From Botryllus schlosseri (taxonomy: Eukaryota): a stretch of 64,000 nucleotides of DNA. The DNA is taken from contig CM119372.1 of assembly GCA_051294905.1 (NCBI GenBank), positions 16,804,001 through 16,868,000 on the forward strand, in the 5' to 3' direction. The translations under genes and the position numbers were made by a program. Under the pieces are notes generated by a model. That model worked only from the letters and a program-made list of their open reading frames with translations, did no database searches and was not told the DNA's origin. Each line of letters begins with the position of its first letter. Position 1 is the first letter of the stretch. Shown one piece after another: positions 39,662-52,774 of this stretch.

Positions 39662-42600
39662 CAGACATGGGGTAATCGCGATTAGTAATCGTAATCGAAT
39701 ACGACGATTACAGCATTTTCAAGTAATCGTAATCGCAATCGATTACATTCGAAAAAAATCCAAAGTAATCGTATTCGTAATCGACTACTTCACATATCTA
39801 ATCGATTTCTTTGTGGAAGAACGATTACTTTTTATTCGTACAATGAATATGACATAACCGAACATTCGTGAACAAGGAAGAGATATTATACCAGGTTATT
39901 GATAGCGCAAACGGTTGATTTTCAAACGCCACTGCTCATTATTACGTCAGAAGTATTGGCTTTGCTCGTCCTTGCGTAAGAAGTATCCACACGTAGGAAA
40001 TATATATTCGATGTAGCCTACATTGTTGTGTGACTGTTAGAACAGTGTAAGTCATGCTGTATATCAGGTTATCAATACACTCCAGACGCCACTACCTCGC
40101 AGCAAGCTAATAATCACCACTCTGCCTGGTTTCAAATAGTTTGGTCATGTTTAGTTTAACCCAGTTTGACCGTTGCTGCTTGGAGAGCAGTAGACCTATC
40201 TAGTATACGTATGTATTGTACGTACACCGGACAAAGATTTGAAATTTTGTGCTCGTCAAATAAAACATTACGATGGTTAAAATCAACAGCTGCTGATATA
40301 TATCATAACCGAGCCGTTCTTTGCCGTTCTCGTAACGGCAGCTTGCAGTATCTGTATTAAGTGGAATTAGAATTTTAAGTTCACTTTATCTTATTCTCAT
40401 ATGACTCTAGTTCAGGGGTTCTCAAAGGGTGGACCACAGGAGCATTTTTGGTGGGCAACAAAGCTATTTAGAAAATGATATAATTAATTTAAGTTTAGCT
40501 ATATTTGTTATGTTAAACGCTAAAAATATATTCATAAATCTTTTCATCCGACTCTGATGAGACGTAGTGGCACGTATGGATTCAGGATGTACAAGTAGGG
40601 AGGGACAAACGGCGGCTTTTTTCCCTGGTTATGAAAACCTATGGGTAACAGCAACTAAAATAATTTGGAGTATATACCAACTGGACGGTAATACTGAAGT
40701 AACCAAGCACTCCGGCAGGGTCATATGTCGTATGCCGTTGAAGGGGGTGTGCAGTAAACTCGGAATGAAGTGCAATAGATGTACAGATTTACTGTACTGC
40801 GGCAGGTCGTATTATTGTAATATAAAAATAGCCTTACTTGCAAATTATTAGCAACTTCTGGTGAAGGTATATGTACTACTGCAACGAATCGTAATGGATT
40901 GAGGATTTAGCGGAGCGCATTAATCTTTGGAGTCGGTTTAAAATGTCTGGCCTGGAAGTCATTGTACAATGTACATAATGTAAGAGCCGCATGAATTAGT
41001 TGGATCACTGGATTGAATATTCTGACATCGCAACTTCAGCTGGATTGGTACAAGACGTACAATGTAAATTGTACAGCATGCATATTAAAAAAAAAACTCC
41101 TTCTCCACTTCTCTGTAGTAGGGTACCCCATTTATTAATGAATTGTTTGAAGCTGGCCCAGAATGATTATATTATTCCCCACAATAGTGGAACTAAACCC
41201 CAATCACACCGTGGATCATTATTCATTGATCATTGTGTTTCGCGACGCGAATGGAGCAGAGGATGATCATAATATACACAGGAGATTTATCCTATGATCT
41301 ACCAGGGCCGGAACTGCCGCACCCAAACCCCAAATTGTGGGAGATCGAGGGAGCGCAAGTTATTTCGTTGGTCGTTGGAAGATATTAATTCGACTTGAAA
41401 ATTTTTGTCGCGCTTATCGCGATTTTCTGTCCCGAGAGGTCTTCATTTAAATATCATCCGTATATTAACAGTAAAATGCGCATATTTTAGAGAAATGGGA
41501 ATATCAGCACCTTTGATTAACACGCATCGAACGGGATTTTGACTCTAAGATAAGAGGTGGGCCATAACAGCACATTTTCAAACCGGAAAATGGGCCACGG
41601 CCAAGAAATGGCTGAGACCCCCTGCTCTAGTTGAAACGGGCGCCAATCGTTATTTCACAATTCTTCACTCGACATTTATACATGTCGTCATAGCCATCCG
41701 CTTATACACCATGTTAGCGTGGGTTGTAGGTAGAATCAGGACCAAAACAGCAATTCGTCCCCCACTCCAAACGTTGGTATTGGTAGGGTTGTAACCAAGT
41801 CACAATGTTCCGAGTCACAAGTCAATCTCACTTTATAGTTTGACTCGAGTCGAGTCGAGTCATTTTCAATTCACCCCCGAGTCAAGTCCGAGTCCAAGTC
41901 AGCTATAGTAGGGTCGAGTCCGAGTCATAGTGTTTGATTCGAGTACGAGTTCAAGTCGTTATGTTCACAGATCAGTTTTCAGATCAATCCGGTTCAACCC
42001 ACTTTTTTCAACTCTGCTCGAGTGATATAGAATGGCTCGTATTCATAATATAGTAATTTTCATCAGTTTTCACAGTTTACGGCCCTATTTCCAAGTATCA
42101 GGACTGATAGACGAAATACAAATAATGTGGTAACTTTACTATTCTTCGAAGTTACACGGAATGTCTGTCTTGGCCGTTCTAGTCACAAGTCATACGACTT
42201 GGTTCGAGTCATGCAAAATGACTCGAGTACAAGTCGAGTCAATAAAAAAATTGACTCGAGTCGGTGGTCAGTTTTCAAGTTGATGACTGAATTTCATCAA
42301 TAATATTGGTAATTGCATTATATTGCTATTCATTCAGATTTACCGGTAGAGCTGGGGGCACGTAATTCATAATTATAGCATCTGGTATGTTGTTATAATT
42401 ACTTTATTAAATGTTGTTAATTCGTGACCTCCCGTCTTTTATATAATCAAAAGATACTGTAGTCGCCCAAACGTAGCAGACTAAACGAAAAACTTTCGTG
42501 AGACGCACACACAAATTGTCATGTCTTCATTCCTCTGTGAGTGCCCCGGGTGGCATTTGCATTGTTGGGGCTCAGATTGGACGGACCGGACTATTCGCCA

Positions 42601-43258
42601 CGCCCGCAGAGCGCGGCTACTGACAATGGACACATATCCAAAGTTTTGGCCAAGTTCATTCTTGGGTAGCACACTTTGTGGAGTTGCATGTTGGCCGAAA
42701 TTTCATACGTCTTTTGGTGTGTCGTGGCGGGGTAATGACCTGTAAATTCATGTAAATTATGCATGCTTTTTTTCTTGAGGGGGAGAGGTATGCATTTCAA
42801 AATCAAGCTATTTAGAGACAATAAATCCCGAAGCTCGAAGAAAATTTTCAAGTTAGTTATAACCTCTCTTGAAAATAACTCTATAATAATTTATGTTGAT
42901 TCATGAAATACTTTTGAGTCCCCTTAGAGCTCGCTCCTGGTCCTATTGGGGAGTTTGGGGTGTGGCAGTTACGGATCTGGCAAGAATGCAAATCGTTGGG
43001 TGCGACGAATGCACCCATTGCCCTACTCTATACGACGTAACAAGCAAATAACGTATGATTTATAAGGAAAGTTGTTATCTCATTAGACCTTTTCATCGCA
43101 AGCCTTATATTGTATTCCAATATCTCTTCTGAAATTAGTTCCAAGACGCAAAACAAATGTAATCGTGATTACTTTTGAAATGTAATCGTAATCGACTACT
43201 TCCTGATTTTGCTGTAATCGTAATCGATTACATTCGTGAAGTAATCACCCCATGTCTG
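39662..43258. mobile_element. hAT non-autonomous element with (GTAATC)n subterminal repeats, hosting nested insertions
   Basis: TIR CAGACATGGGGT / ACCCCATGTCTG; perfect TSD CGCGACAG at 39654-61 and 43259-66. Confidence 0.92.
40413..41624. mobile_element. Nested hAT element (GGGCCAC type)
   Basis: TIR CAGGGGTTCTCA / TGAGACCCCCTG; perfect TSD CTCTAGTT. Confidence 0.9.
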
Positions 43259-44190
43259 CGCGACAGCGGTCGAATATCATTCGCTTTTACGATATTTAGA
43301 TTTGATTTGAATATTCATTATTAATATTATTTTCTACGATACGCGCTTAGCGCTACTTTGTTGTCTCCAAATAGATGTCGACCGGGATGGGTGAGTGATA
43401 AATCGCAATTTGAGATATGAACATAGACAGTGAGCGATTTTCTGAGGTTTGCAGTCAATTTGACAAATCGAAAGTAGCATCATTGTCATGATTCTGGCAA
43501 AGTATGGAAAGAACATTCCATACCACGCCATACTTGCACTCTTCTCTTCCATACCGAAATTTCGTTTTATACCATACTCTGCCTACAAGGTTCATCTGCA
43601 ATTGCTAACCTCTGTACACACAAGTTCGATAACCAAAACTCGAACTTCAGTACCACCCCTACCAACAACCTCTACCCTGTCGAACAACCGTACAGTACAG
43701 AGCAATCGTCGATTGGCTATTTATATACGTTTTCATACCAGACCCAATGCACAGATATAATGCGTCATATACCAATTTTTGACTACGATGATTTCAATAG
43801 CAGCCTAAATAATGGTTATTCCTCCTAGGGATAAGCTCGAATTTTTGCCATATTGTCCCCAGCCAGAAAAATCTTTTTTACGAACGAATCCTGTCAGTCA
43901 TGCTAATTTTTGTTCATCAATAGCAAATAGTTCGGAGAAATGTCAGTTGTCCTTGGGTGCCTCAATCTAAAGTCGGATGCAGTGACAATTCAAATAAGAT
44001 GAGGCCTATTGCACACCAGAAATGCCGAACCCAATAAAGTCATGTTTGGCAGCTGTGAGCTCTTACCTTTCCAAACTAAGCCTGGCGGTAAGCTGTGTAC
44101 CATTAATTCTAATAGAATAGGGCAGCAAAGATGGAAGCAATAATCTGCCATTCCGCCATTTGAGACCGTTGCCGTTAAAATTGATAAATA

Positions 44191-47100
44191 TTATTCATCA
44201 TCAGAATTCAGAGTCTGCTGTAACTTCTGGAGCATTTTCAGGCGCTTCACACGCACATCGGCAGGCCTTCTCAGAGTCCGGCGCTTAATCTTGGCTTCCA
44301 CAGGCGGGGTTTTGAACGTTACTTCACTGTCATCAGGGTCAACAACCATCACGGCAAATTCGTCCGAACCCTTTGGAAAAAAACATTCAGTGTCAAAGAG
44401 ACATGGCAAATTACCAGTTATAACAATCTGAGTTGATAAATGAATATATAGAAACAAGAAAATTAAGAGGTATGATGATAAAACAGCATAATGCGTAGAA
44501 ATTGCCAGGCTTCAGAAAAAGTGAACTACAGTTGACGATAAACGAAAGGCTACCAGTAGATCAAATAATGGCATGAAATAACATGGAGCAACTAGTTACA
44601 TTTAGCACACGTGAAGAATCACATTCATTCAAATGCCCGCGAGTAATTACAACTTGGTTTGATGATAATCTGGCAATAGGAAAGCTTTTAAACTCTGTTT
44701 TTTATCGGAAGGTATTATACTGGTCCAAAGCCGAAGAGAATTGTAATTGTTCCAGACAATTGCGGAGTACATCTCAAAAATCCTCCCGATTGGGTCCGAA
44801 AAGGGCTATAGTTGGCGTCGAGCTGTAGCGCTACTACGAGCCAGGAGTCATTGCCTCGTCAATCACGAACCTCAAGTAACTTGGTTAGGAATATCTAAAC
44901 CAGTAGTTCCCAATCAGAGCGTCAGTGACCACCTTATTGTCAATTCAGCATATGTTTTTTCTCTTCAATAATACAAGGAATAAATGTTATTTGTCACGCA
45001 GGTTATGTGTATTTCACTACTTTGCCCGGGATCAGGGAGTAAAAATTACGAATTTGATCCATAAGTCACAACACTGCTCTGCAACGAAACAGGCAACTTT
45101 ATGTTGGGAGTAGGGGGTGTTCGTATCCTGGTTGGCGGCCAATGACATTAGGACATCCAAGACAGACATTTCATTGTCACTTCGAAGAAAAATAAAGTCA
45201 CCACACTAGTGGTATTTCGTCTATCAGTCCTGACACTTGGAAGATACGACCAGAAACTGTTAGGACTGAGGAAAACATCGATATTATAAAAGCCAGCCAT
45301 TCTATATCACTCGAGCAGAGTTTAAAAAGTGGGTTGAACCGGATTGAACTGAAAACTGAACAGTGAACACAACGACTTGGACTCAGACTGAGTTACAACA
45401 CTATGACTTGGACTCGACGCTTTAGTCACTGACTTGAAATTGAACTGGACTCGGTGAATTGAAAATGACTCGACATGAATCAAGTCAAAACTACAAAAGT
45501 GAGATTGACTCAGAACCTAGCGACTTGGTTACAACCCGGCTTCATACACAGATTTGAATCACATCCGCGAACTAGTAGTTTATAAAGATGTTGCAGCAGA
45601 AAATATTCAAATTACAATATATTCAAAGTATCAATCTGCATGCAGATGGAAATACTATTGGGATATGATAAACAACCAAACTCTTAGACAGAAATATGTC
45701 ATGTAGGATACACATGCCGTATCTCGAGACAAAAATATTACATACCGGATCTGAAAATTTTGTGTCGTCCAAAACAGATTCTGACTGCACATTATTTTGA
45801 GATGCTGGAATGACTATTTCAGTATCTTTCAATTCCCCTTCTTTACCGAGCAACGAGTGAGCGGTTTGCTGCTTTGCCTTTAGTTTGACATTCTCTTCCA
45901 CAGCAATATCATCCTCTCGCGCTTCATCACTGTCTTCTTTTTCATCATCAGAATAATCGAAGTCTCCACAACGACCAGCATTTTGCGCCACTAGGAAGAA
46001 CGATCGTGTCAAAAGACAAATAAGCTACCGTCGTGACCCGTAAGAAGCTTGCTAACCCTTGGAAAGTTTCCACAATTCCTGTACATCCTCCACAGAGGCT
46101 CTGGACCTTCGCGGAGGAATGAACGACTCGTTTTTCTTGACCTGCAAAAACGTTGAGCGTCGTCAAGACTCCATTAAAAATCAAATCTCACTGCATCTAA
46201 CATTGATGACGTCGTACTCGATTCCCAACTCTTGCAGTTTCTTTTGAAGTTTCATTCTCTTGTCGGTGATTCGTTTCGTCCGCTTGGCAATCTGTAAGTT
46301 TCAGCTTTGGTTAGGGACAGGTAAATAGACCGTGCACACAAATTCAACCTTTTCCGGATCGATAATGCGTCTGTTGTATTTTCCAACTTCTTTCCGTGTG
46401 TTGTTCGTTGGTACGAAAGTATCTCTCCATCTGACAAAAGTACCCTTTGCTATCTCTTCACTTGGAATGAACTTGCCTAAAACAACAATCCGATTGCATG
46501 ATGAGGACAACGTAGGTTATAGCGCCTAGTAGGCGTAAGTCACTCGAAACAGAGGTCTCAAACATGCAGCCCTTGCCGAACGCAAGTACAAAAACAATTT
46601 CATTCAAATATTTAAAAATCTCTATTTTTTACCAAGCCTCCATCGGAAAGACACTAATGAATTGACAGCAAATAAAGCAATTAGAGCTTACGTTGTCGTA
46701 GACTAGTATTATAGCAGTGACTTTCTGCGTAACGCTGATCTTATTGCTAAATTTAAATCGGCCTGATATACTAGTTTATACGTATTCATATTACTCGTCA
46801 ACAATTGGTACAGGTTTAAATTGTATCGTGTCTATGTGTTGGTGGATTGTGTACTGCCTCGTATCAATCTGTTTCACCTTTCTGAGGTTTCATATTTCAT
46901 CGTCTATCTGGCGGACAGTTACCACCAACGTGGTTTAGTAGTTCTATGCATGGTTGTAATGACTCGAGTCAATTTTTGTATTTTACTCGAGTAATGACGT
47001 GCATGACTGGAACCAAGTCATATGACTCGAAACTAGGGCTATCGAATGGAAATATGGAATGGCAACGACAGATTTTACAGCTTCGTTCTGCTTCACCGAG

Positions 47101-48229
47101 GCTTTATTCAGAAATGTTTTGCGACTGCGACTGTAGGATTTCTGGTAGTTGCGGTTCTCCGATTGTTCGGACAATACTGATAACTCGGACTTGGAGGGCG
47201 AATTCTAGGTGGTTCAGTGCCTGATCATATTTTAATTTATATTTTTGTACTCCGTGCGACAGTAGCTTTCGATCAAGACCAGCTTCAGTAAATTTTGCAC
47301 TCTGGAAGTTAATTTTTGGATTGCCAGAAATCCTACAGTCGCTGCTGCCAAATAATTCTGAATAAAGCCTCAGCGAAGCGGAACTAAGCTGCAAAATCGG
47401 TCGTTGCCATTCCATGTTAACATTCGATACTAGGACGTTCAAGAAAAACATTTCATAATAACTTCGAAGAATAGTAAAGTCACCACATTATTGGTATTTG
47501 TTCTATCAGTCTTGGAAAATAGGGCCAGAAACTGTAAGGATTGAAAATTACGATATTATGAATGGGAGCTATTCTATATAACAAAAGAAACCATATATTA
47601 CGTATGTACTTACATCTTAGAACTTTACGAAACATTAAATAAAAATTCATAGTTTCGGCAGCAATTTTGGCAACATCTTCATACCGAAATTCAATGAACG
47701 CAAAATGTTTGGATCCACCAGTCTGCAAACAGTAAATTTTCAATCTGTCAACAGCAAATAGGCAGTTAGTCCTAATCATACCTTTTTGCTGCGAACTAAT
47801 CTCAAGGCTGTGACCTCTCCGAATTGTGAGAAAAACGGCAACATTTGTTGTTCGTAGAATCCTCTTGGTATGTGAGTAAGCAGTATAACACCTCGTTTGG
47901 GCTTCTCATCTTGTTTCTGGTTAGGAGAACCAAGTCAAGATGTTAACCACAGACCCACAGTGACAAACCAAGAGCGAGCAGTGTGCAAATTTTATAAAGT
48001 ATTTATCCACAATTCAAACATCGCGGATGGAAGAAACATAGAAAGTAACGAGCTTGTGAGTAAATTTATTCAATTAGTCTAGTTCAGACACGAACAACGA
48101 CGACACGAAAACATATATACTCTATTCATACGGTACCTTTTGACCAGACTTCGAACGCATTCGAAATTTCTTCTTTCGAATAGGGGCAGTCTTTCCGTCC
48201 GACAAAGATTTGGCGCTCTTGAGCGGCAT
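44191..48229 (-). CDS. NIFK: NIFK / Nop15-like nucleolar RRM protein, 8 exons, ~354 aa
   Basis: Exons 48229-48137, 47916-47782, 47722-47614, 46476-46349, 46291-46202, 46141-46057, 45990-45746, 44370-44191; all GT-AG and phase-consistent (1065 nt). RRM reads [74 protein letters not shown], followed by [11 protein letters not shown] and a C-terminal [11 protein letters not shown]. Confidence 0.9.
47040..47429. mobile_element. Foldback MITE with ~115-bp inverted arms in NIFK intron 3
   Basis: TATCGAATGGAAATATGGAATGGCAACGACAGATTTT..CTGTAGGATTTCTGG is mirrored at ~47323-47429; the two ORF-track peptides NMEWQR(Q/P)ILQL lie on opposite strands. Confidence 0.82.
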
Positions 48230-48442
48230 TATTCCAGAAGGTAACCGAATGCTGCTTGTCGGAGCAATTATTACGAATGGCCAGTACAACCTCAACAGAG
48301 GAAATTATGAAAATCTCAAGTTCTGGTTGCAAAAGTACGGTTTACCAAAAGTCCAAAACCCATGTGTCAAAATACCTTCCCGAATTAGCTACAGCGGTCT
48401 GTTATCAAAACGGCCCCTCAGATGTACTCAGATGTCGCACAT

Positions 48443-49815
48443 ATCATCATCATCATCATCATCATTGGTTTATTAGCAATTTTTATCAGTTCAATACACC
48501 ACAAAATGCGATACAATGAAAAGATGGGAAGGTGTCGAAGCGACTTGGAGTAGTCTATGGAATCACACACACACCTTGGCCTAGGCGATGTAAAGAGGAG
48601 GCATGCACACTGAATGAAAAGTAAAGAAGATAGTATAGGATAAAAGCAAGCAGCATGAAATGGGGTGGCATGTCATGGAAGGCGAGATCGATAGGTCAGT
48701 CATTTCTAGTTTCCGCATATCTTCTATGTTTAGGACACGGAATCTCTTCAGCAGCGACTTGTTGGATGGTCAACCAGGCCCCTGTGGGGCCCTAGCTATG
48801 ATACGGAGTACATTATGTTGTAGTTTTCATCATCATCATCATCATCATCATTGGTTTGTTAGCAAAGTTGATCAGTTCAATACACCACAAAAAATGCGAT
48901 ACAATGAAAAGACAGGAAGATGTCGAAGCGACTTGGAGTAGCCTATGGAATCAGACACCCACTTTGACCTAGGCCAGTGGTTCCCAACCTTTTTCGACTC
49001 ATAGCCCCCTTTTCAAGCTCAACGCTGATCATCGCCCCCCAGATTTTGTGAACCGAAAAATCGGTATACAATTTGACTAAAAAAAAAGGTCAACTTTACG
49101 GCTCGCTGTCGAATTTTACACTTTTGCAACTAAATTTTCGTGGGTGAAAAAAAAGGTCATTTCTCCGACTTGACTCCTATATAGCCGTTTTAACGCGTCA
49201 TCGCCCCCCTATCGCCCCTTTCGCTATTTTCGCCCCCTGTCGCCCCCTTTGTCCATTTTCGCCCCCCTATCGCCCCCTTCGTCATTTTCGCCCCCCCTAG
49301 GCCATCAAATCGCCCACGTTGGGAACCACTGGCCTAGGCGATATAAAGAGGAGGCATGCACATTGAATGAAAGTAAAGAAGATAGTATAGAAAAAAAAAC
49401 GACAAGAAATCGGGCGGCATGTCATGGAAAGCGAGATCAATAGGTCAGTCGTGGTCCGGTAATCTTGAGGATGGACTGTATTGTACTGTATTTTTGCAGT
49501 GGCCGGAGTGCAGTTTTGCTGGCAGCCCCCCAATAGAAGATGCCATATTGTAACTTCGATTGGATTAAGGATTTAAAGACTATCAGAAGAACCCAGGCTA
49601 GCATGAAGCGTCTAAGGCTGTTCAACAGGCAGCACTTCGGTGATAATTTAGAGTCTAGGGACTGAATATGACTCTTCCAGGATATGTCCGAGTCCAATAA
49701 AACCCTGAGATATTTGGCTTTATCTGTGTTGGAAACGGGCTGACCAGCGATGTTAACGGTTAGGTCATTTTTTGAATTTACTGACAGCATTTGGGATTTC
49801 GAGGCGTTATGCAAA
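48443..49815 (-). mobile_element. Two tandem 5'-truncated CR1/L2-like LINE 3' ends (48443-48826 and 48827-49815) with (ATG)n tails
   Basis: RT C-terminal ORF AKYLRVLLDSDISWKSHIQ..LIQSKLQYGIFYWG; both copies end in (CAT)n on plus and share 3' UTR sequence. Confidence 0.85.
48975..49331. mobile_element. hAT MITE with (ATCGCCCCC)n subterminal repeats, inserted in a LINE 3' UTR
   Basis: TIR CAGTGGTTCCCAAC / GTTGGGAACCACTG; TSD ACCTAGGC vs GCCTAGGC. Confidence 0.9.
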
Positions 49816-50379
49816 AGTTATTTTGGGCCGTCCAGTCATGCACCTTGGGCATTTGGTCACTAGTCAGGGAATCCAGCTCTGTCGTCGAAGATGCGGAAGA
49901 GAGGAGGGAGAATCATCAGCGAACAGTGTGGTGTTTAATGACCACCGTGGATTGGGTATACTCGGTTATTGTATCGTGGATATCATTGTGTACTATTAAA
50001 CTATAGCAGATATCAAGGGTTACCATAAGTTCTCCTGTTTCAGGAAATCCAAAATGTCCTCTGAGAAAGCCTAAATGTCGTCGTTTTTTGGAAATTCGTC
50101 CTTCTTTACAGCTTTGATAGCTAGAGTCAACTGAAAATCTTGAAATGCGGACGTTCGAGCGGATCATACGGGAGTCGAGTCTGAGAGATGAACTTTTTTT
50201 AGTCAGTACCAGAGAAGTAGGCTATCGCTCAAAAGTGGATAATTCGGGAGTCTAGTAAGAGCGATGACCTTGTTTTAGTCAACACAACAAGATTTCCAGT
50301 CAATATTTAAAAATGAGCTGTTTTCAATTTCGTTAAACTGACTTTCTCCGATTCCAAAGTATGGTCATCCTACCTCTAC

Positions 50380-51229
50380 CAGGGTTGTAATGACTCGAGT
50401 CATGACTCGACTCGAGTCAGACTCGAGTCACAATTCTTCTGATGACTCGACTTGACTCGAGTCATTTTCTCAAAATACGGAAATGACTTGGACTCGAGTC
50501 ATTGCACATGACTCGACTTGGACTCGAGTCATTGCACATGACTCGAACCAAGTCATATGACTCGAGACTCAGCCGGCCAAGAGCGACATATTATTGTAAT
50601 TTCGAAGAATATAGTAAAGTAACCACCCTATTGGGATATCGTCTATTGGTACTGGTACTTAAAAATGCGACAAGAAATTGTCAAAAGTCAGGGACATTAG
50701 TAGAATATAAATGCGAACCATTCGATATCACCAAACAGAGTTACAATGTGGGTTTACCAAGACTTTAACTGGAAACCGAGCAGTCAACACAATGACTTGA
50801 GAGAGAGAGATATATATGGTATTCTTTTTCGCCTGCACCATCGAGATGCTTTGACGACGGAGTTGCGATACGGCCCCATGAGGTCATCTAGTCTGCGCCC
50901 CCGTTTTTTTTCTCCTCCATGCTATCCGTGATTGCTGAGCGCTTAGCAGGATAGCTGCGGATACCAATTTTCGAGTCATTGGTATGACCCGGTCGGGGAT
51001 CGAACCCACGACCTACCGCTCGAGAAGCCGGACGCATAACCATTACACTATCTCGCTGGACTCGGACTTGAATCATAATACCTTGACTTGGACTCGAACC
51101 TCTGCTCGATGACTTGGACTCGGACTTGACGCGGTGGTGGATTGAAAATGACTCGACTTGACTCGAGTCAAACCAATCAAAGTGAGATTGATTTGTGACT
51201 CGGAGCTTTGTGACTTGGTTACAACCCTA
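50380..51229. mobile_element. MITE with AGGGTTGTAA TIR and GACTCGAGT repeats
   Basis: TIRs AGGGTTGTAA / TTACAACCCT; no clear TSD. Related copies or fragments at 41784-42262, ~45180-45538 and ~46948-47580 (the last two in NIFK introns). Confidence 0.82.
50800..51057 (-). mobile_element. SINE family B copy inserted in a GACTCGAGT-type MITE
   Basis: Near-identical to 32846-33109; interrupts the host MITE sequence AATGACTTG|GACTCGGACTTG. Confidence 0.9.
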
Positions 51230-52334
51230 CAATGTAATCCTAAGGATAATCCTAGAATTATAAACGAAAAACTCAAATAACTCCGCTTCTACAAGTCGGA
51301 ATTGACTCAAATTTGTTTTGCATCGTCTTTGAAGAGAGCTCAACAATTTCATGGGGTTGACAGAAAAAATTTGAAATTTCTTTTTTAATTTTTAATAATA
51401 AATTAAAAATTTCAATTCAAGATTGCACGGCCTCTACTGGTTGGAATTGAGTCAAATTTGGTGTGCATCGTTTTCTTAGGCAACCTGACGATTTAGTCAC
51501 TAGGCGAGTGAGATTTGGAAAAAAAAGTTTTTTTTGAACAACCCTCTACCCTATATCCTACATACATCAATAAAAATAAACGCTGACATCTTGGTCATAT
51601 AAGATAATCTCGGATCACGCATCACATATCGTATGTCTGGGACCATTCAGTGCGCAGATATTAGATCCCGACGCTGTCAAGTCAATAGGCTCATTTAGTA
51701 CGCAGGCAGATATCACCATAGGAGCATTATGATATCACATCGCGATAATATCTGAACTCATTTAGTGCTCATATATTAGATTCGTAGCATGTCCGGATAT
51801 AATAGTGTGTGCTGTGCAAATATCAGGTCTGAGGCATGTCTGGAGCCTTTTCGTGGGCAGATATCACAGTTCGAATCATGTCTGGCCGCAAATGGTGCAC
51901 ATACTTCTCTCTCTCTCTCTCTCTCCCCCAACGAACCTATCACCCGTCTCCCATTATCTTCAATGTTTGGTATTTCTTCTGGCATTTTGAATAGGTCGAG
52001 ACAGCGTTGTGGTGAACGTCGGCTCCAATCGCTTAGGCAGCCCGAGTTCAAGTCCCGCCGTTGCTGACGATTACCCCTGACGAGTGTCAGCCAGAAATAT
52101 TCCGGCTCATTTCAAAATGAAATTATTAATCGATATTATCGATATCAATTGTGTCTCTGGTACCGGTTGACTAGAAGATCATTATGATCATAATACCGAT
52201 ACCGAAGCACTGTTTGTTTGTTGCATATTGATACTTTAATTTTACCGTTATCGGTTGACGAAATAAATCTCTCTCTCTCTCTCTCTCTCTCAGGTATGTA
52301 GTCTGTTCCGCCGCCTTATTGTTAGCCTACTCTC

Positions 52335-52546
52335 TACCAGCTAGGGTCCTCCTCTTCAACACTCTATTCCTAGCGAAGTTACAATACGGAATTCTTTGCT
52401 GGGTGCGACCTGCAATAATACACTTGATCAAATGCAGCAACTACAATATCGGGTCATCCGGGTCATCATTGTTAAAGCCCCACGGGGACCTGGATGTGCT
52501 ACTGATGAATCGCTACTCAAAAGATTTGTTGTTCTAAACAGTGAAG

Positions 52547-52550
<4 letters not shown>
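52335..52550 (+). mobile_element. CR1/L2-like LINE RT C-terminal fragment (same family as 48443-49815)
   Basis: LLFNTLFLAKLQYGILCW / LQYRVIRVIIVKAPRGPG..SLLKRFVVLN, homologous to the minus-strand translation of 48700-48826. Confidence 0.75.
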
Positions 52551-52596
<46 letters not shown>

Positions 52597-52734
52597 AAGA
52601 GAGAGACGATATTCTTTTTCACCTGCACCATCGAGATGCTTTGACGACGGAGATGCGATACGAGCGTATGGTCACCTATAGTCTGCACCGCCGTTTTTTC
52701 TCCTCCATCCTATCCGTGGTAGCTGAGAGCCTAG
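52551..52734 (-). mobile_element. 5'-truncated SINE family B with a long (GA)n tail
   Basis: (GA)n followed by ATTCTTTTTCACCTGCACCATCGAGATGCTTTGACGACGGAG. Confidence 0.85.
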
Positions 52735-52774
52735 CAAGACAGTTGGAAGAAACTATGGAAATAGCCAAGTTAAT

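Noticed and set aside
40554..40600. CTGATGAG as a second hammerhead core (similar hits at 16882 and 52502)
   Set aside because: No correctly placed stem II-GAAA or stem I pairing.
48256..48941. Poly-His ORFs
   Set aside because: They are translations of the (CAT)n LINE tails.
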